Positions 22,301 through 32,290 of a stretch of DNA of 33,530 bases are shown here, piece after piece. The translations under genes and the position numbers were made by a program. Position 1 is the stretch's first letter. Each line of letters opens with the position of its first letter. The stretch lies in contig NC_069006.1 of the NCBI RefSeq assembly GCF_001194135.2, forward strand, positions 13,714,124 through 13,747,653, given 5' to 3'. The notes beneath the pieces were generated by a model. It saw only the letters and a program-made list of their open reading frames with translations. It was not told the origin of the DNA and did not search any database. This DNA comes from Octopus bimaculoides. Taxonomy: Eukaryota.

Positions 22301-25300
22301 GAACATGCATTTCGCATTTCTTCAAGTTGCTCACAGAGACACCAAGCATATGAAACATTTCTCTGACACTTTGTCATGGGTTTTGTTCGACTGTTCTTTT
22401 CAAATGCTGGTCATCAGGGATGGATGGACGTCCTCTATCTTCTTGATCTTCAAGGGTCTCATCCTCACTATGGAATCTCTCAAATCACCGTTGTACCCTT
22501 CAGCCCATGCTCTGTTGATATTGGCGGTTGTCTGGGAAGCATTATGTCCAAGCTTGAATTCATACAAAAAAAGTAAATGCATTTCTTTTTTCATGTTTGA
22601 AATTAAGGATTTCTACATTTCAAAATTATATTCTGAAAGAAATGAAAATTTGTTAAAGAGTAAAACATCAATTATTGAAAGCATGTAAAATTTTCCTTTC
22701 AGACGCTGTTTGTTGATAAAAGTGTGATGCTCTGTGATTGTCCAGGGCTTGTCTTTCCTTCATTCGTTTCAACCAAAGCTGACTTGATTATCAATGGAAT
22801 ATTACCGATTGATCAGTTGCGAGATCATGTCCCACCTGTCTCTTTGGTAAATCTCCATCTAATTCCTGTTGTTCTCTTCCTCTCTCTCTCTCTCTCTCCC
22901 TTGTCCGCTTAAAAATATATTCTCTCTTTATTTCTCTTCCTATATGCTTCTCTCTTTCCCCTATCTTGTCTTTTCTCAGGTCTGCCAGCAAATTCCCAGG
23001 ACAATTCTTGAAGACATCTATGGTATTATGATACCTAAACCTGACGAATATGATGACCCAGATCGTCCACCCACAGCCTTAGAACTTCTCAATGCTTATG
23101 GCTGTAAGTATACACCTCACTTCATTCAACAGGTTAACGTCAGGTCTGGTTCTGATGGTCCAATTTGATCCCTGTTACTGATCTTCATGTTAACATGTTT
23201 AATCTGTATTTGGCATTATGTAGTCCTGTTGTTACTCCTTGTTTGCCTTTTTGTGATGTAATTGTTGGAGGAAGGGCGGTATACTTGATCTCTGTAAGAC
23301 ATCTGAGGATAATGGTGCCGGGTTCAGTCCCACAGCATGCCACCTTGGGCAAGTAACTTTTACTATAACCTCGGGCCGACCAAAGCTTGTGAATGGATTT
23401 GCTAGTCGGAAATTGAAAGAAGCCCGTCGTGTCTGTATGTATATATACATATGTGTGTGTGTGAGTGTGTGGCTGTATTAGTCTCCCTACAATCGGTGTT
23501 GGTGTGTTTATGTCTGTGACTTAGCAGTTCGACAAAGTCCGATAGAATAAGTATCATGCATAATAAAAAAAAAATGTTGATTCGTTCAACTAGAAGTATT
23601 TTAAGGTGGTGCCCCAGCATGGCCGCAGTCTAATGACTGAAGCAAGTAAAAGATAAAAGAAAATATGTCTCATGCGGCCCGCTTCTCGAAAAAGGTTTAG
23701 TCAGACCTGTTTTCATATAATGGTAACGGTAAAAAAAAAAAAAAGAATATGCATGGGAAGCGACTTTGTCAAGGGATATAAAACCATTTTATAATATTGT
23801 CATTAATAGCCGCAACTTTACACGTTCTGGAAATACGAAACGCAAGCAGAATCGTTAGCACGCCGGGCAAAATGCTTAGCGGCATTTCGTCTCGCTTTAC
23901 GTTCTGAGTTCAGATTCCGCCGAGGTCACTTTGCCTTTCATCCTATCGGATTGATCACTAGGATGGATGTAATCGAAGTTGCAGTGTCAACTTGAATTCA
24001 GACTAGCTATGTGACACACGAATCTGGGGAGGTCAGCCGCTTCCCCTTGCTAGTCTGGCATCTACAGACTAGTTTCGAGGTATTGCCTCTTATCAATGTA
24101 GAGCAGCCGAACCCAGCAGTAGGTGTCACTACTGACCGTCTGTACGAAGGATTATTTACCTAAATTCAGTGGAATACATCCACTGGTTTTCAAAAATAGA
24201 AATATTAATATTTCTAAGTCTCTCTAAAGGACTGCCGTGTCGGCTTGGCGATAACTGTTAACATCCAGTACCGCTGCCGTAGTCTCCTTTAGAGAGACCT
24301 AGAAATATTAATATTTCTATTTTTGTAAAACAAATGCTAAGAAAGCAAAGATGACGTCTGTCATGGTTAAGGTCAAAGGGACACAACTGTATCAGGGGGA
24401 GATAAACCAGGGCATGGGTCGCTGTTCCGTTCTTCCTCCTCTTCTAAATTGTCCTATTTGTTGTGTTGTTTCTATCATTTGTTTTAATGTTTTTCTTCTT
24501 TCTGTCTTTCAGACATGCGTGGCTTCATGACTCCAAGTAGTGTCCCAGATTGTCCACGATCTTCTCGTTATATTCTTAAGGATTACGTTAACGTATGTAT
24601 AATGAACAATGTATATACATTTTCATTTGACGGCCTCTGATTTTTGTGTAGTTTTACGTTTTCTTTCATTTATTATTTAAAAAAAAAAATTTTTTTTTAT
24701 TCTTTTACTTTTTTCAGTCATTTGACTGTGGCCATGCTGGATCACCGCCTTGACTCCAAGACTTATTTCTTAAGCCTAGTACTTATTCTATCTGTTTCTT
24801 TGCCGAACTGCTAAGTTACATAATCACACCATCATTGGCTGTCAAGTGGTGATGGGTGGGGACAAACAAAGACACACATGCACACACATTTACACAGCAG
24901 GCTTCTTCCAGTTTCCATCAACTAAATCCACTCATAAGGCTTTAGTTGGCTCAAGGTTATACTAGAAGACACTTGCCCAAGGTACCGCACAGTGGGATTG
25001 AATTCAGAACCATGTGGTTGGGAAGCAAGCTTCTTACTACACAGCCATGCTTGCACACACACAGTGGGCTTCTTTCAGTTTCCATCTAGCAAATCTACTC
25101 AAGGCTTTGGTCGGCTCAAGGCTGTAGTGGAAGAAACTTGCCCAAGGTGTGCCACGCAGTGAGACTGAACCCAGAACCATGTGGTTGGGAAGCAAACTTC
25201 TTACCGCACAGCCACACCTGCGCATATATGATTATTTTTTTTCTTTCGACAACCTGTGCATCCATTATCTTTTACTTTACTCTCCTATATTAGACTGCGG

Positions 25301-25627
25301 CCATGCTGTGGCACTGCCTTGAAAAGTTTTAGTCGAACGAATGCCCCCCCCCCACCCCAGTATTTGTTATTTTTTTCTAAACCTGGAACCCAGGTGGAGG
25401 CTTAACATTAGATAAAGGGGCCCAGGTCTGACATGGTTAAGGAACCATATAATGGCTGGCTCTCTCATTATTTATGTAGTAGTCGCAGTAGTAATTGCTG
25501 TAGTAATAGTTGTAGTAGTAGCTGCAGTACTAATAGTTGTAGTAGTAGTAGTAGGTGACAGTGTTGTTTTAAGTTTTCTGTAGAAAGCTTTGCTTACTAT
25601 GTCTCTTTGTATTTATATTTTTTCCAG

Positions 25628-25667
<40 letters not shown>

Positions 25668-26212
25668 TTTTTTTTTATTTTTTAATTTCATTAATATACC
25701 TTCTGGTCTTTGACAGGGAAAGCTGTTGTACTGTCATCCCCCTCCTGGGGTCTTAGCTGAAAATTTCAGCGATACTCTGAAGACATCTTCCAAAAAATCG
25801 AAGAAAGAAACTTCTGAAAACTCCCAGGTAATATTTGGGTAATTTATGAAATGTGTTTAATTCAAATTCTTCTGCCACCCTGGGTATGGAGGAGAAGGAG
25901 GAGGTTTGAGGCTGGAAGGGAGATGTTAACTAAAGTTGAGGTTGTGTCATTGAAGATGTTTATTATCCTCCATCTTCCCTCATTGTTTTGTTTCCCTTCT
26001 GGTCCTTTCACAATGTAACCTCGTGGACATCGGTGGCGATTTTTTTTCTTCCTCCGTTTTTCCCTTCTTTGGACTTTCTTTGTTTCCGACAAAGAGCTCC
26101 ACTCGAAACGTCATATTCTCTTTCTTTCCTTTCCCAAGCGTCCAGTAACACAATATCTATATCACGTCCTCACGTTGTTGTTTTTTTGTCTTTTTCCTTT
26201 TTTGAACTTATG

Positions 26213-26248
<36 letters not shown>

Positions 26249-27843
26249 TATATTTGTCTTATGTTTCAATTTTAACTTTTATTCAATTTCAGATGAAACA
26301 TTCTCGTCAAAAGGTGATCGATTCCTCTTTTTTCTCCAATGTAAGTTATTTGAATTTTAAATTTCCATTTTCATTTATATATATCTATCTATATCTGGAT
26401 CTTTTTTAAAACGGGGGGGCCACATTTTTCATTAACGAAACACTTTGAAACTTGGGACACTGGTAGAATGTGTCATATAAAACATCTTTTTCTCTTAGTC
26501 TTCTTAAAAAAAAAAGAAATCCATAAATTATTCCATGTTAAAGTTGTCGTATTTCTGTAATTTCAACCAATCACTGACGTCCATTCAGCCGATATACATT
26601 AAGTGCCGACTACATAAACNNNNNNNNNNNNNNNNNNNNNNNNNNNNNNNNNNNNNNNNNNNNNNNNNNNNNNNNNNNNNNNNNNNNNNNNNNNNNNNNN
26701 NNNNNNNNNNNNNNNNNNNNNNNNNNNNNNNNNNNNNNNNNNNNNNNNNNNNNNNNNNNNNNNNNNNNNNNNNNNNNNNNNNNNNNNNNNNNNNNNNNNN
26801 NNNNNNNNNNNNNNNNNNNNNNNNNNNNNNNNNNNNNNNNNNNNNNNNNNNNNNNNNNNNNNNNNNNNNNNNNNNNNNNNNNNNNNNNNNNNNNNNNNNN
26901 NNNNNNNNNNNNNNNNNNNNNNNNNNNNNNNNNNNNNNNNNNNNNNNNNNNNNNNNNNNNNNNNNNNNNNNNNNNNNNNNNNNNNNNNNNNNNNNNNNNN
27001 NNNNNNNNNNNNNNNNAACATACTGAAAATTTAGAAATAGCAGTCAAAGAACTACTGATTCTAAACTACAATTTTTTCTATCGCCATCCGTTAGAGAAAA
27101 AATTGTAGTTTAGAATCAGTAGTTCTTTGACTGCTATTTCTAAATTTTCAGTATGTTGGTGAAGCAACTTATGCTGACCCCTATATATTTATGATTATAA
27201 ATGTTTTTACCGATAAAGGTTTTTTTCATACTGATCTACTTGGCAAAATTGTTAATTATTAATTTTATTAACTAATTGGCAATTCCCTGCCCTATATCTA
27301 TATATATATGTATATATATCTGTGTGTGTGTACATGCAAGCATGCATGCTGAGCTGTTGGTGTGGATGTTGACATTCATTTTTTTGTGGTTGGACTGTAA
27401 CCAGTGAAGTTTGTTGATCTCTGACAGCATATTGGCCTCTAGCTATGTGGTTTTGAGCTCTTCAGGAAAGAAATACTCCTTCCTAATGCCAACCACTTTA
27501 TAGAGTGTCCTGGCAAAGCATCGATGCTTTTACACGGCGCCAAAACAATAATGAGCTGTACCACAGATAAACCTTGTGTGAAAGACGGTGCCTGTGTTCC
27601 CTATTTCAATATCTCCTTTATTAAATGACACTGACCATGTCTGATTTCTGTTCGTTGCAGAATACTGCAGGCTATGTCTATTCAAAGGGCAAGAGAGGGG
27701 TCAAAGGTTATGCGCGACTAGATGGATTGAAGCAGGTTGGATTGTCGGATGGTGACCCAAACAAGAAACCAGGTAAGAAGCACTACAACAAGAACAAGAA
27801 AGAGAAGCTGAGGCGAGTGTATCACCACCTGGATGAACACTGA
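15945..27843 (+). CDS. LSG1: Large subunit GTPase 1 homolog (circularly permuted GTPase, 60S export/NMD3 release); 5' end and G4 exon not visible
   Basis: Exons 15945-16065, 16468-16554, 17484-17570, [missing, probably in gap 18056-18925], 19213-19297, 20089-20721, 21678-21779, 22703-22846, 22980-23103, 24513-24592, 25717-25827, 26293-26340, 27661-27843. Motifs: IPRRPHW, TPYEKNLDFWRQLWRVLERS, FWSA (G5), GMVGFPNVGKSSTIN (G1), ATPGRTKHFQT (G2), LCDCPGLVFPSF (G3), RYILKDYVNGKLLYCHPPP, KKHYNKNKKEKLRR. Confidence 0.95.
16468..16554 (+). CDS. LSG1: LSG1 exon
   Basis: ctgcag|G..TT|gtaagt; RPHWDSNTTPEELAAKERELFLLWRKSLS. Confidence 0.92.
17484..17570 (+). CDS. LSG1: LSG1 exon
   Basis: caaaag|G..AG|gtaagt; LQAEDHVTLTPYEKNLDFWRQLWRVLER. 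Confidence 0.95.
17773..18012 (-). mobile_element. tRNA-headed repeat carrying a degenerate hammerhead motif
   Basis: B-box GTTCAATTC (17988-17980), (AAT)n spacer, then GACAC-CTGAAGA-A-GGCTG..CAGCT-GAAAC-ATT-GTGTT (17898-17853). Confidence 0.55.
18926..19130. repeat. Dispersed repeat homologous to 27110-27290
   Basis: Shared GCTATTTCT.AA..TTC.GTATGT.GGTGAAGCAAC..GCTGA.CCC and TTGG.AAAA.T.TTAATTATTAATTT. Confidence 0.65.
19213..19297 (+). CDS. LSG1: LSG1 exon (G5 region)
   Basis: atgcag|G..CAG|gtaaag; QYWAKYFSTEGVRVAFWSAIEETKKHQQ. Confidence 0.92.
19786..20014. mobile_element. Mariner-derived MITE (229 bp)
   Basis: 30-bp TIRs TTGGGTTGTCCGGAAA(G/A)TTC(A/G)TGCCGATTT (28/30 identical), TA duplications at 19784-85 and 20015-16. 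The internal minus strand reads FWEEGIFKLKEEWRHIVQQNGSY, like a mariner C-terminus. Confidence 0.9.
20089..20721 (+). CDS. LSG1: LSG1 large acidic exon
   Basis: ttccag|ACA..ATG|gtaagt; 211 codons open, D/E-rich, ends ..LLEFLKSLHVGPTYQPGVTTLGM leading into G1. Confidence 0.9.
20900..21050 (+). mobile_element. tRNA-derived SINE family B (diverged)
   Basis: CTGTGTGGTTAG..GGGTTCAATCCCACTG. Confidence 0.65.
21678..21779 (+). CDS. LSG1: LSG1 exon (G1/G2)
   Basis: cttcag|..CAG|gtaaaa; VGFPNVGKSSTINAILQTKKVPVSATPGRTKHFQ. Confidence 0.96.
21881..22640 (-). mobile_element. Decayed, internally deleted mariner (Tc1/mariner) transposon
   Basis: MKKEMHLLFLYEFKLGHNASQTTANINRAW matches the mariner transposase N-terminal HTH. 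Frameshifted remnants of the C-terminal part lie at about 22050-22210. One TIR-like end TA|TTAGGTTGTTTGGAAAAATGTCCGATT at 21879; the other end was not found. Confidence 0.8.
22703..22846 (+). CDS. LSG1: LSG1 exon (G3)
   Basis: tttcag|..TTG|gtaaat; TLFVDKSVMLCDCPGLVFPSFVSTKADLIINGILPIDQLRDHVPPVSL. Confidence 0.96.
22980..23103 (+). CDS. LSG1: LSG1 exon
   Basis: tctcag|..T|gtaagt; VCQQIPRTILEDIYGIMIPKPDEYDDPDRPPTALELLNAYG. Confidence 0.95.
23300..23660 (+). mobile_element. tRNA-derived SINE family B, long copy
   Basis: GGGTTCAGTCCCAC..ACCTTGGGCAAGT..GACCAAAGCTTGTGAATGGATTTG..GGCCGCAGTCTAATGACTGAA. Confidence 0.75.
23845..23990 (+). mobile_element. Third SINE-like family (GACTTTGCCTTTCATCC core)
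   Basis: GAGTTCAGATTCCGCCGAGGTCACTTTGCCTTTCATCC; related segments at about 150-250, 12300-12400 and 28170-28290. Confidence 0.6.
24186..24331. repeat. Imperfect inverted repeat (about 45-bp arms)
   Basis: AAAAATAGAAATATTAATATTTCTAAGTCTCTCTAAAGGACT versus AGTCTCCTTTAGAGAGACCTAGAAATATTAATATTTCTATTTTT. Confidence 0.75.
24513..24592 (+). CDS. LSG1: LSG1 exon
   Basis: tttcag|AC..AAC|gtatgt; YMRGFMTPSSVPDCPRSSRYILKDYVN. Confidence 0.95.
24715..25340 (-). mobile_element. Cluster of tandem or nested family B SINEs
   Basis: The head reverse complement (CTTGCCCAAGGT..CAGAACCATGTGGTTGGGAAGCAA) occurs twice, at about 24970-25045 and 25135-25215, with tail segments at 24715 and 25270. Confidence 0.75.
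25717..25827 (+). CDS. LSG1: LSG1 exon
   Basis: tgacag|..CAG|gtaata; GKLLYCHPPPGVLAENFSDTLKTSSKKSKKETSENSQ. Confidence 0.92.
26293..26340 (+). CDS. LSG1: LSG1 small exon
   Basis: tttcag|ATG..AAT|gtaagt; MKHSRQKVIDSSFFSN, phase 0/0, resembles the conserved xxVDxxFF segment. Confidence 0.8.
27017..27290. repeat. Dispersed repeat beginning with a perfect 63-bp inverted repeat
   Basis: 27017-27079 is the exact reverse complement of 27095-27157; the downstream part is homologous to 18926-19130. Confidence 0.75.
27661..27843 (+). CDS. LSG1: LSG1 last coding exon
   Basis: ttgcag|AAT..TGA; NTAGYVYSKG..KPGKKHYNKNKKEKLRRVYHHLDEH*. Confidence 0.92.
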   Translation, partial: NTAGYVYSKGKRGVKGYARLDGLKQVGLSDGDPNKKPGKKHYNKNKKEKLRRVYHHLDEH

Positions 27844-28002
27844 GGTCTTGTCAGAGAGGAAATGTTATTAGTGTGAGAAATATATGTATTATATGTACAA
27901 AAAAAAAAAAAAAAAAAATTATATAATGTCTATGTGCATTCTAACACACCCACACATATATATTATGTATACGCATGCTCCTATGCATTATATAATTATA
28001 TT

Positions 28003-28052
<50 letters not shown>

Positions 28053-28109
28053 TGTGTATTTATATTTATATACATATATAAATATTTTCATTTGCTATAT
28101 TTTTTTGAC

Positions 28110-28115
28110 AATAAA
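28110..28115 (+). promoter_or_regulatory. Candidate polyadenylation signal of LSG1
   Basis: AATAAA about 270 nt after the stop codon; AT-rich context makes a chance match plausible. Confidence 0.3.
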
Positions 28116-28339
28116 TCATTTAATTAAAAAGGATACAAAAGCGGACTTATTATTGTTATTATTATGAAATTGCCTTTCATTCTTTCAGTGTCGATAAATT
28201 AAGTACCAGTCAAGTACTGGGTCGATGTGATTGACTTACTCCCTCCCCCCAAAATTTCAGGCTTTGTGCTTATAGTAGAAAAGATGATTATTATTATTAT
28301 TGTTATATATATATATATATAAATATATATATAATGTAT

Positions 28340-28560
28340 TTATGTGTGTGTTTATACTTGACCCCACCCCACCGCTTGACAACCAGTTTTGATTCATCCA
28401 CATCTCCGTAATGTAGCAGTTCGTCCAGAAGTGGTCGATAGAATATGTAGCAGGTTTCGTAAATAAAAAGTCCTGGGTATCGATTTGTTTGACTAAATCC
28501 TTTAAGGCAGTGCTCCAGCACGGCCACAATCTAATGACTGAGAAACAAGTAAAAGATTAA
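28340..28560 (-). mobile_element. SINE 3' portion (family B-like)
   Basis: CCCCACCCCACCGCTTGACAACC..TTTAAGGCAGTGCTCCAGCACGGCCAC, shared with 24715-24900 and 9640-9720. Confidence 0.6.
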
Positions 28561-28809
28561 AAAAAAGAAATCAATATATAAATAAACCAATTAATAAAAA
28601 AAAAACAACCTCGAATAAAGATTTAAAAGAATAAATGATGCTCATCTCAGATATTTAATTTCGATTATTATTATTATTATTATTATTATTATAAATTGTA
28701 AGATTTGTTGTTGTAGCAGTTGTAGGAGTGAATGAAAAATGTGCTGGAAAGAATTTGAGGTGACTAAGTGATTCTGGTAAAATTCCTAAAGAGGTAACCC
28801 TGATGAGTT

Positions 28810-29057
28810 TTAGGACTCCGACCGTTTCATCTTCTTAGCTTTCTGTTTCTTATGTGCGGCTCTGGGGCCGATTGACTTGGCTGCTTTCTGTTGCTGCTTC
28901 AGTTGGGCCCAGTCATAGCCAAAGTTTACCATTGGGTGACTGCTTACACTTGGTAGATGATGTATATTGGATGAGTGGGGCGAGAGTTCAATATCCTGCG
29001 GAGACGGATCGTGAAACAATCTGTTGGTTTTCTCGCGAATATCCGGAAGATGTAATT
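28810..29057 (-). CDS. Possible terminal exon of the same unrecognised gene
   Basis: First AG after a distal pyrimidine tract, phase-1 compatible with 30902; LHLPDIREK..HKKQKAKKMKRSES*; weak acceptor. Confidence 0.25.
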
Positions 29058-30267
29058 CTTTTTGTTGTTGTTGTTGGTGTTGTAGCGTTCGTTTTATTTT
29101 CGAATAGGAATTAATAAAAACAAAAATGAAAACAGAAAAGAAAAGAATATAAATATATAGATTAAATATTTTCTTTAAAATCTCTCTCTCTCTCTCTCTC
29201 TCTCTTGCACACACACACATAGTAAATCCCCAAAAAGAAAAAACGAACAAACACAAGAAAAAACAAAATAACAACGTCAGGACATGGAACATGCAAAGTG
29301 TTAGCAGAAGCCCAGGGAAGGAAAGAAAGATGGTTTTATGTTTCAAGCAAGGCTCTTCTTCAGGAACAGGAGCCAGAGGAAAGTCCAATAGAAAAGGAAG
29401 ATGGAGGAAAAAAAAAAACCGCCAACGATTCACATGTGGTTACATTTTGAAATGACCGGATGGGAATGGGTGAAGGAAAAGTTCTATGTAAGAGAAGGAG
29501 GTATGTGTGTGTGTGTGGGTATGTGCATGCGCGCTAGTGTGTGTTGTGTGTGGTGTTGGCTGTTTATATGTGTATGTGTGAGTAAATTTTGTGCCTCTTA
29601 ATGTTGTAGGAAGAATTCAGCAGCATGGTAACAGGAGTGGTGGTCGTTTGTGTGGTTGTGTGTCTCTTCACATGTGCGTAGAGGAATGGTCAGTAGAAAG
29701 GTGTTTGACTGGCAGTTTGAAGTATGTGTGTGCGTGTATGTATGTGTAGGGTCGTTTTTTTTTTGTTGGTCAGTTATTTTTAGTGTTTTGACAGAAAAAA
29801 GTCATTCTAAAATTGTTTTTTAATGTAAGCGTGCCCAAACAAGTCGAATGCTTACACAGAGCAGGCTTTACAGCCACATCATTCAAACTGACCGGGTGAA
29901 ACCGGGCTTAGCTGCTAGTATATCTATCTTTTCATTTGTCTTGCTTACGTTCTGGCATTTGCTGAATTTTCTTGAGAACAATTTTTTCTTAGTGGTCAGA
30001 CCATATGGTGGGGGTGGGGGTCTACATTTAGCATATTAGATGTCCACCTAGTGGTCATCCCTCTTATATGAATGTAATATAATTTTTCTGAATCATCAGA
30101 TTTTCTTCAATATGCTAGGCCACTGGTTTAAATTGATAATAATCAAATGAATATCAATTTTTACCCTTATTATTTATATATATATATAAACCAGTGAATG
30201 TATTTCACTGAAATAGTATATCCTTACGAGAGTGAGACAGACTTCTTCATCTAGCCAGTCGTGCTAC

Positions 30268-30310
30268 TTCAAGCTGATGACGAGCAAAGACTCAGAAACA
30301 TGTCCCTGAA
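30268..30310 (+). ncRNA. Candidate minimal type I hammerhead ribozyme (Penelope/retrozyme-type)
   Basis: TTCAAG-CTGATGA-C-GAG-CAAAGA-CTC-A-GAAA-CAT-GTC-CCTGAA: stem I 5/6 pairs, complete core, palindromic stem III ACATGT, GUC cleavage triplet. Confidence 0.55.
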
Positions 30311-30565
30311 TGCAGGCTAGGCTGGGTGGAGGAGTTTGTCTCCCCCTCGATGGATAAGGGCACAGGAAATGTGTCAAGGCCTAATAGGAAGCGGTCTGAC
30401 TTCCTAGGGCTAAACAGCAGCAGTAGTATATTCCCTTATTGGGACTATCACGTTAAGTTGGCAGTATACAACTACTTTATATATATATATATATATATAT
30501 ATGTGTGGTGCACCAGCATGACCGCAGCCACTTGGCTGAAACACATAAATAAATAAATATATATA

Positions 30566-30722
30566 TCATCATCATCATCATCATCGTTTAACGTCCGCTT
30601 TCCATGCTAGCATGGGTTGGACGACTTGACTGAGGACTGGTGAAACCGGATGGCAACACCAGGCTCCAATCTAAATTTGGCAGAGTTTCTACAGCTGGAT
30701 GCCCTTCCTAACGCCAACCACA
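30566..30722 (-). mobile_element. SINE family A copy
   Basis: Near-identical to 4585-4738. Confidence 0.85.
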
Positions 30723-30901
30723 TACAGGGGTCATGATGAGGGTCGGCGCTTTTATGGAAGTGGCACTTTTGGGCCTACTGTATTAATCTGTAGGGGATTG
30801 TATGCTTCTGGGGGCATGGACTAAATTTTCAAGAGCTTCCCCAGGCAACGCACACAAACAACAACTACTACTACTACTACTAAAATTCTGTTTATAGTTA
30901 C

Positions 30902-31073
30902 CTGAATCTGTTCTGCTGGGAATAATCCTTTCCTCAGTGGAATATTGTTTTATTGGTGGGAAGCAGGTTTTTCGTTGTCTCACTTTCCTCTCTATTGAAG
31001 GGCTGCGTGCATCCGAATTATCCGTTGCCTTTGTCTTGCAACGACCATTACTATTTTTGTCCATTGGTGGGTT
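30902..31073 (-). CDS. Possible internal exon of an unrecognised gene
   Basis: gttttag|AAC..TCA G|gtaact, 172 nt open (NPPMDKNSNGRCKTK..IIPSRTDS); no homology recognised. Confidence 0.3.
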
Positions 31074-31844
31074 CTAAAACCACAATTGTAGCGGAAAGTT
31101 TATTGTCTTATACATACATACACACACACAGACATCATGTATAGGAACTCTTTTATTCTTTTATACGTTTCAGCTCTAAGGCTGTGGCCATGCTGGAGCA
31201 CCACCGGCGAAAATTTTAGTGAGAACCTCTAACATAAGACCTGGAAAGAATTGAACTTCCTCCGTCTAGGTTCATATCTCCCTTGTCTTTATCCACAAGA
31301 TTATCAAGACACCATCTCTCTCTCTCCTCTCCCTCTCCTCTCCCCCTCTCTCTCTCTATATGTATATATAGGAGCAAGCAGTACATCGTCAGAGTTACAG
31401 AGAANNNNNNNNNNCCTCTCTCTCTCTCCTCTCCCTCTCCTCTCCCCCTCTCTCTCTCTATATGTATATATAGGAGCAAGCAGTACATCGTCAGAGTTAC
31501 AGAGAAAATAGGAGCATGAGGCCAGCAGCAACCGAATTTAAAATCACCGGAGGCACTGGCCAGATGGGGATGGAGTGACACAGGAGGCAGGGTGGTTTGG
31601 TTATATTAGTCAATTTCCTCAAGCTACCTCCTCTATCTTTTCCTCCTGTATCTCTCGTGTGTTTAAATTTTGTTGTTGCTGGTCTCATTCCTGTGTGTCC
31701 TCTATAACTGTCTGATGATGTGTTTGCTTGCCGTGCTGGCCCTATAAGCCGAATCTACTGGCTACATTTATTGTGTGATATTCGTGTTGCCGAATACTGA
31801 AACATATGTAACAATTGAAATATATGAGTATCAAGTCAAAGTAT

Positions 31845-32135
31845 ACCTATCTATCTATCTATCTATCTGTCTGTCTGTCTGTCTGTATCTATCTATCTAT
31901 CTATCTACATACCAGCTGCCTGCCTGTCTGTCTGTCTGTGTCTATCTATCTGTCTACCTGTCTATCTATGTATGTATGTATCTATCTACATACCAGCTAC
32001 CTGCCTGCCTCTGTCTGTCTGTCTTTCTCTCTATCTGTCTACCTGACTATCTATGTATGTATGTATCTATCTACATACCAGCTACCTGCCTGCCTGCATA
32101 TCCGTCTGTCTGTCCGTCTGTCTCTCTCTATATAC
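31845..32135. repeat. Compound (TCTA)n/(TCTG)n satellite with three higher-order units
   Basis: TATCTATCTACATACCAGCT(G/A)CCTGCCTG recurs at about 31900, 31980 and 32065. Confidence 0.85.
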
Positions 32136-32290
32136 AGTTTCCCCTCTGTCTAATTCACTCACAAGGTATTGGCTGGCCCGTGGCTTTTAGTAAAAGACAC
32201 TTTCCCCAAGGTGCCACACAGTGAGACTGAACCCGAAACAATGTGGTTGCAAAGCTCAGCTTTGCAACCACACAACACAGCCATACATGT
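32130..32290 (-). mobile_element. tRNA-derived SINE family B
   Basis: CCCCAAGGTGCCACACAGTGAGACTGAACCCGAAAC..GTGGTTG..CACAGCC. Confidence 0.75.

Noticed and set aside
27899-27918. Poly(A) tail suggesting LSG1 is a retrocopy
   Set aside because: LSG1 has many introns; this is a genomic A-run that could cause internal oligo-dT priming
31316-31506. Exact tandem duplication of about 90 bp
   Set aside because: The copies flank a 10-N gap, typical of overlapping contig ends, so this is most likely an assembly artefact
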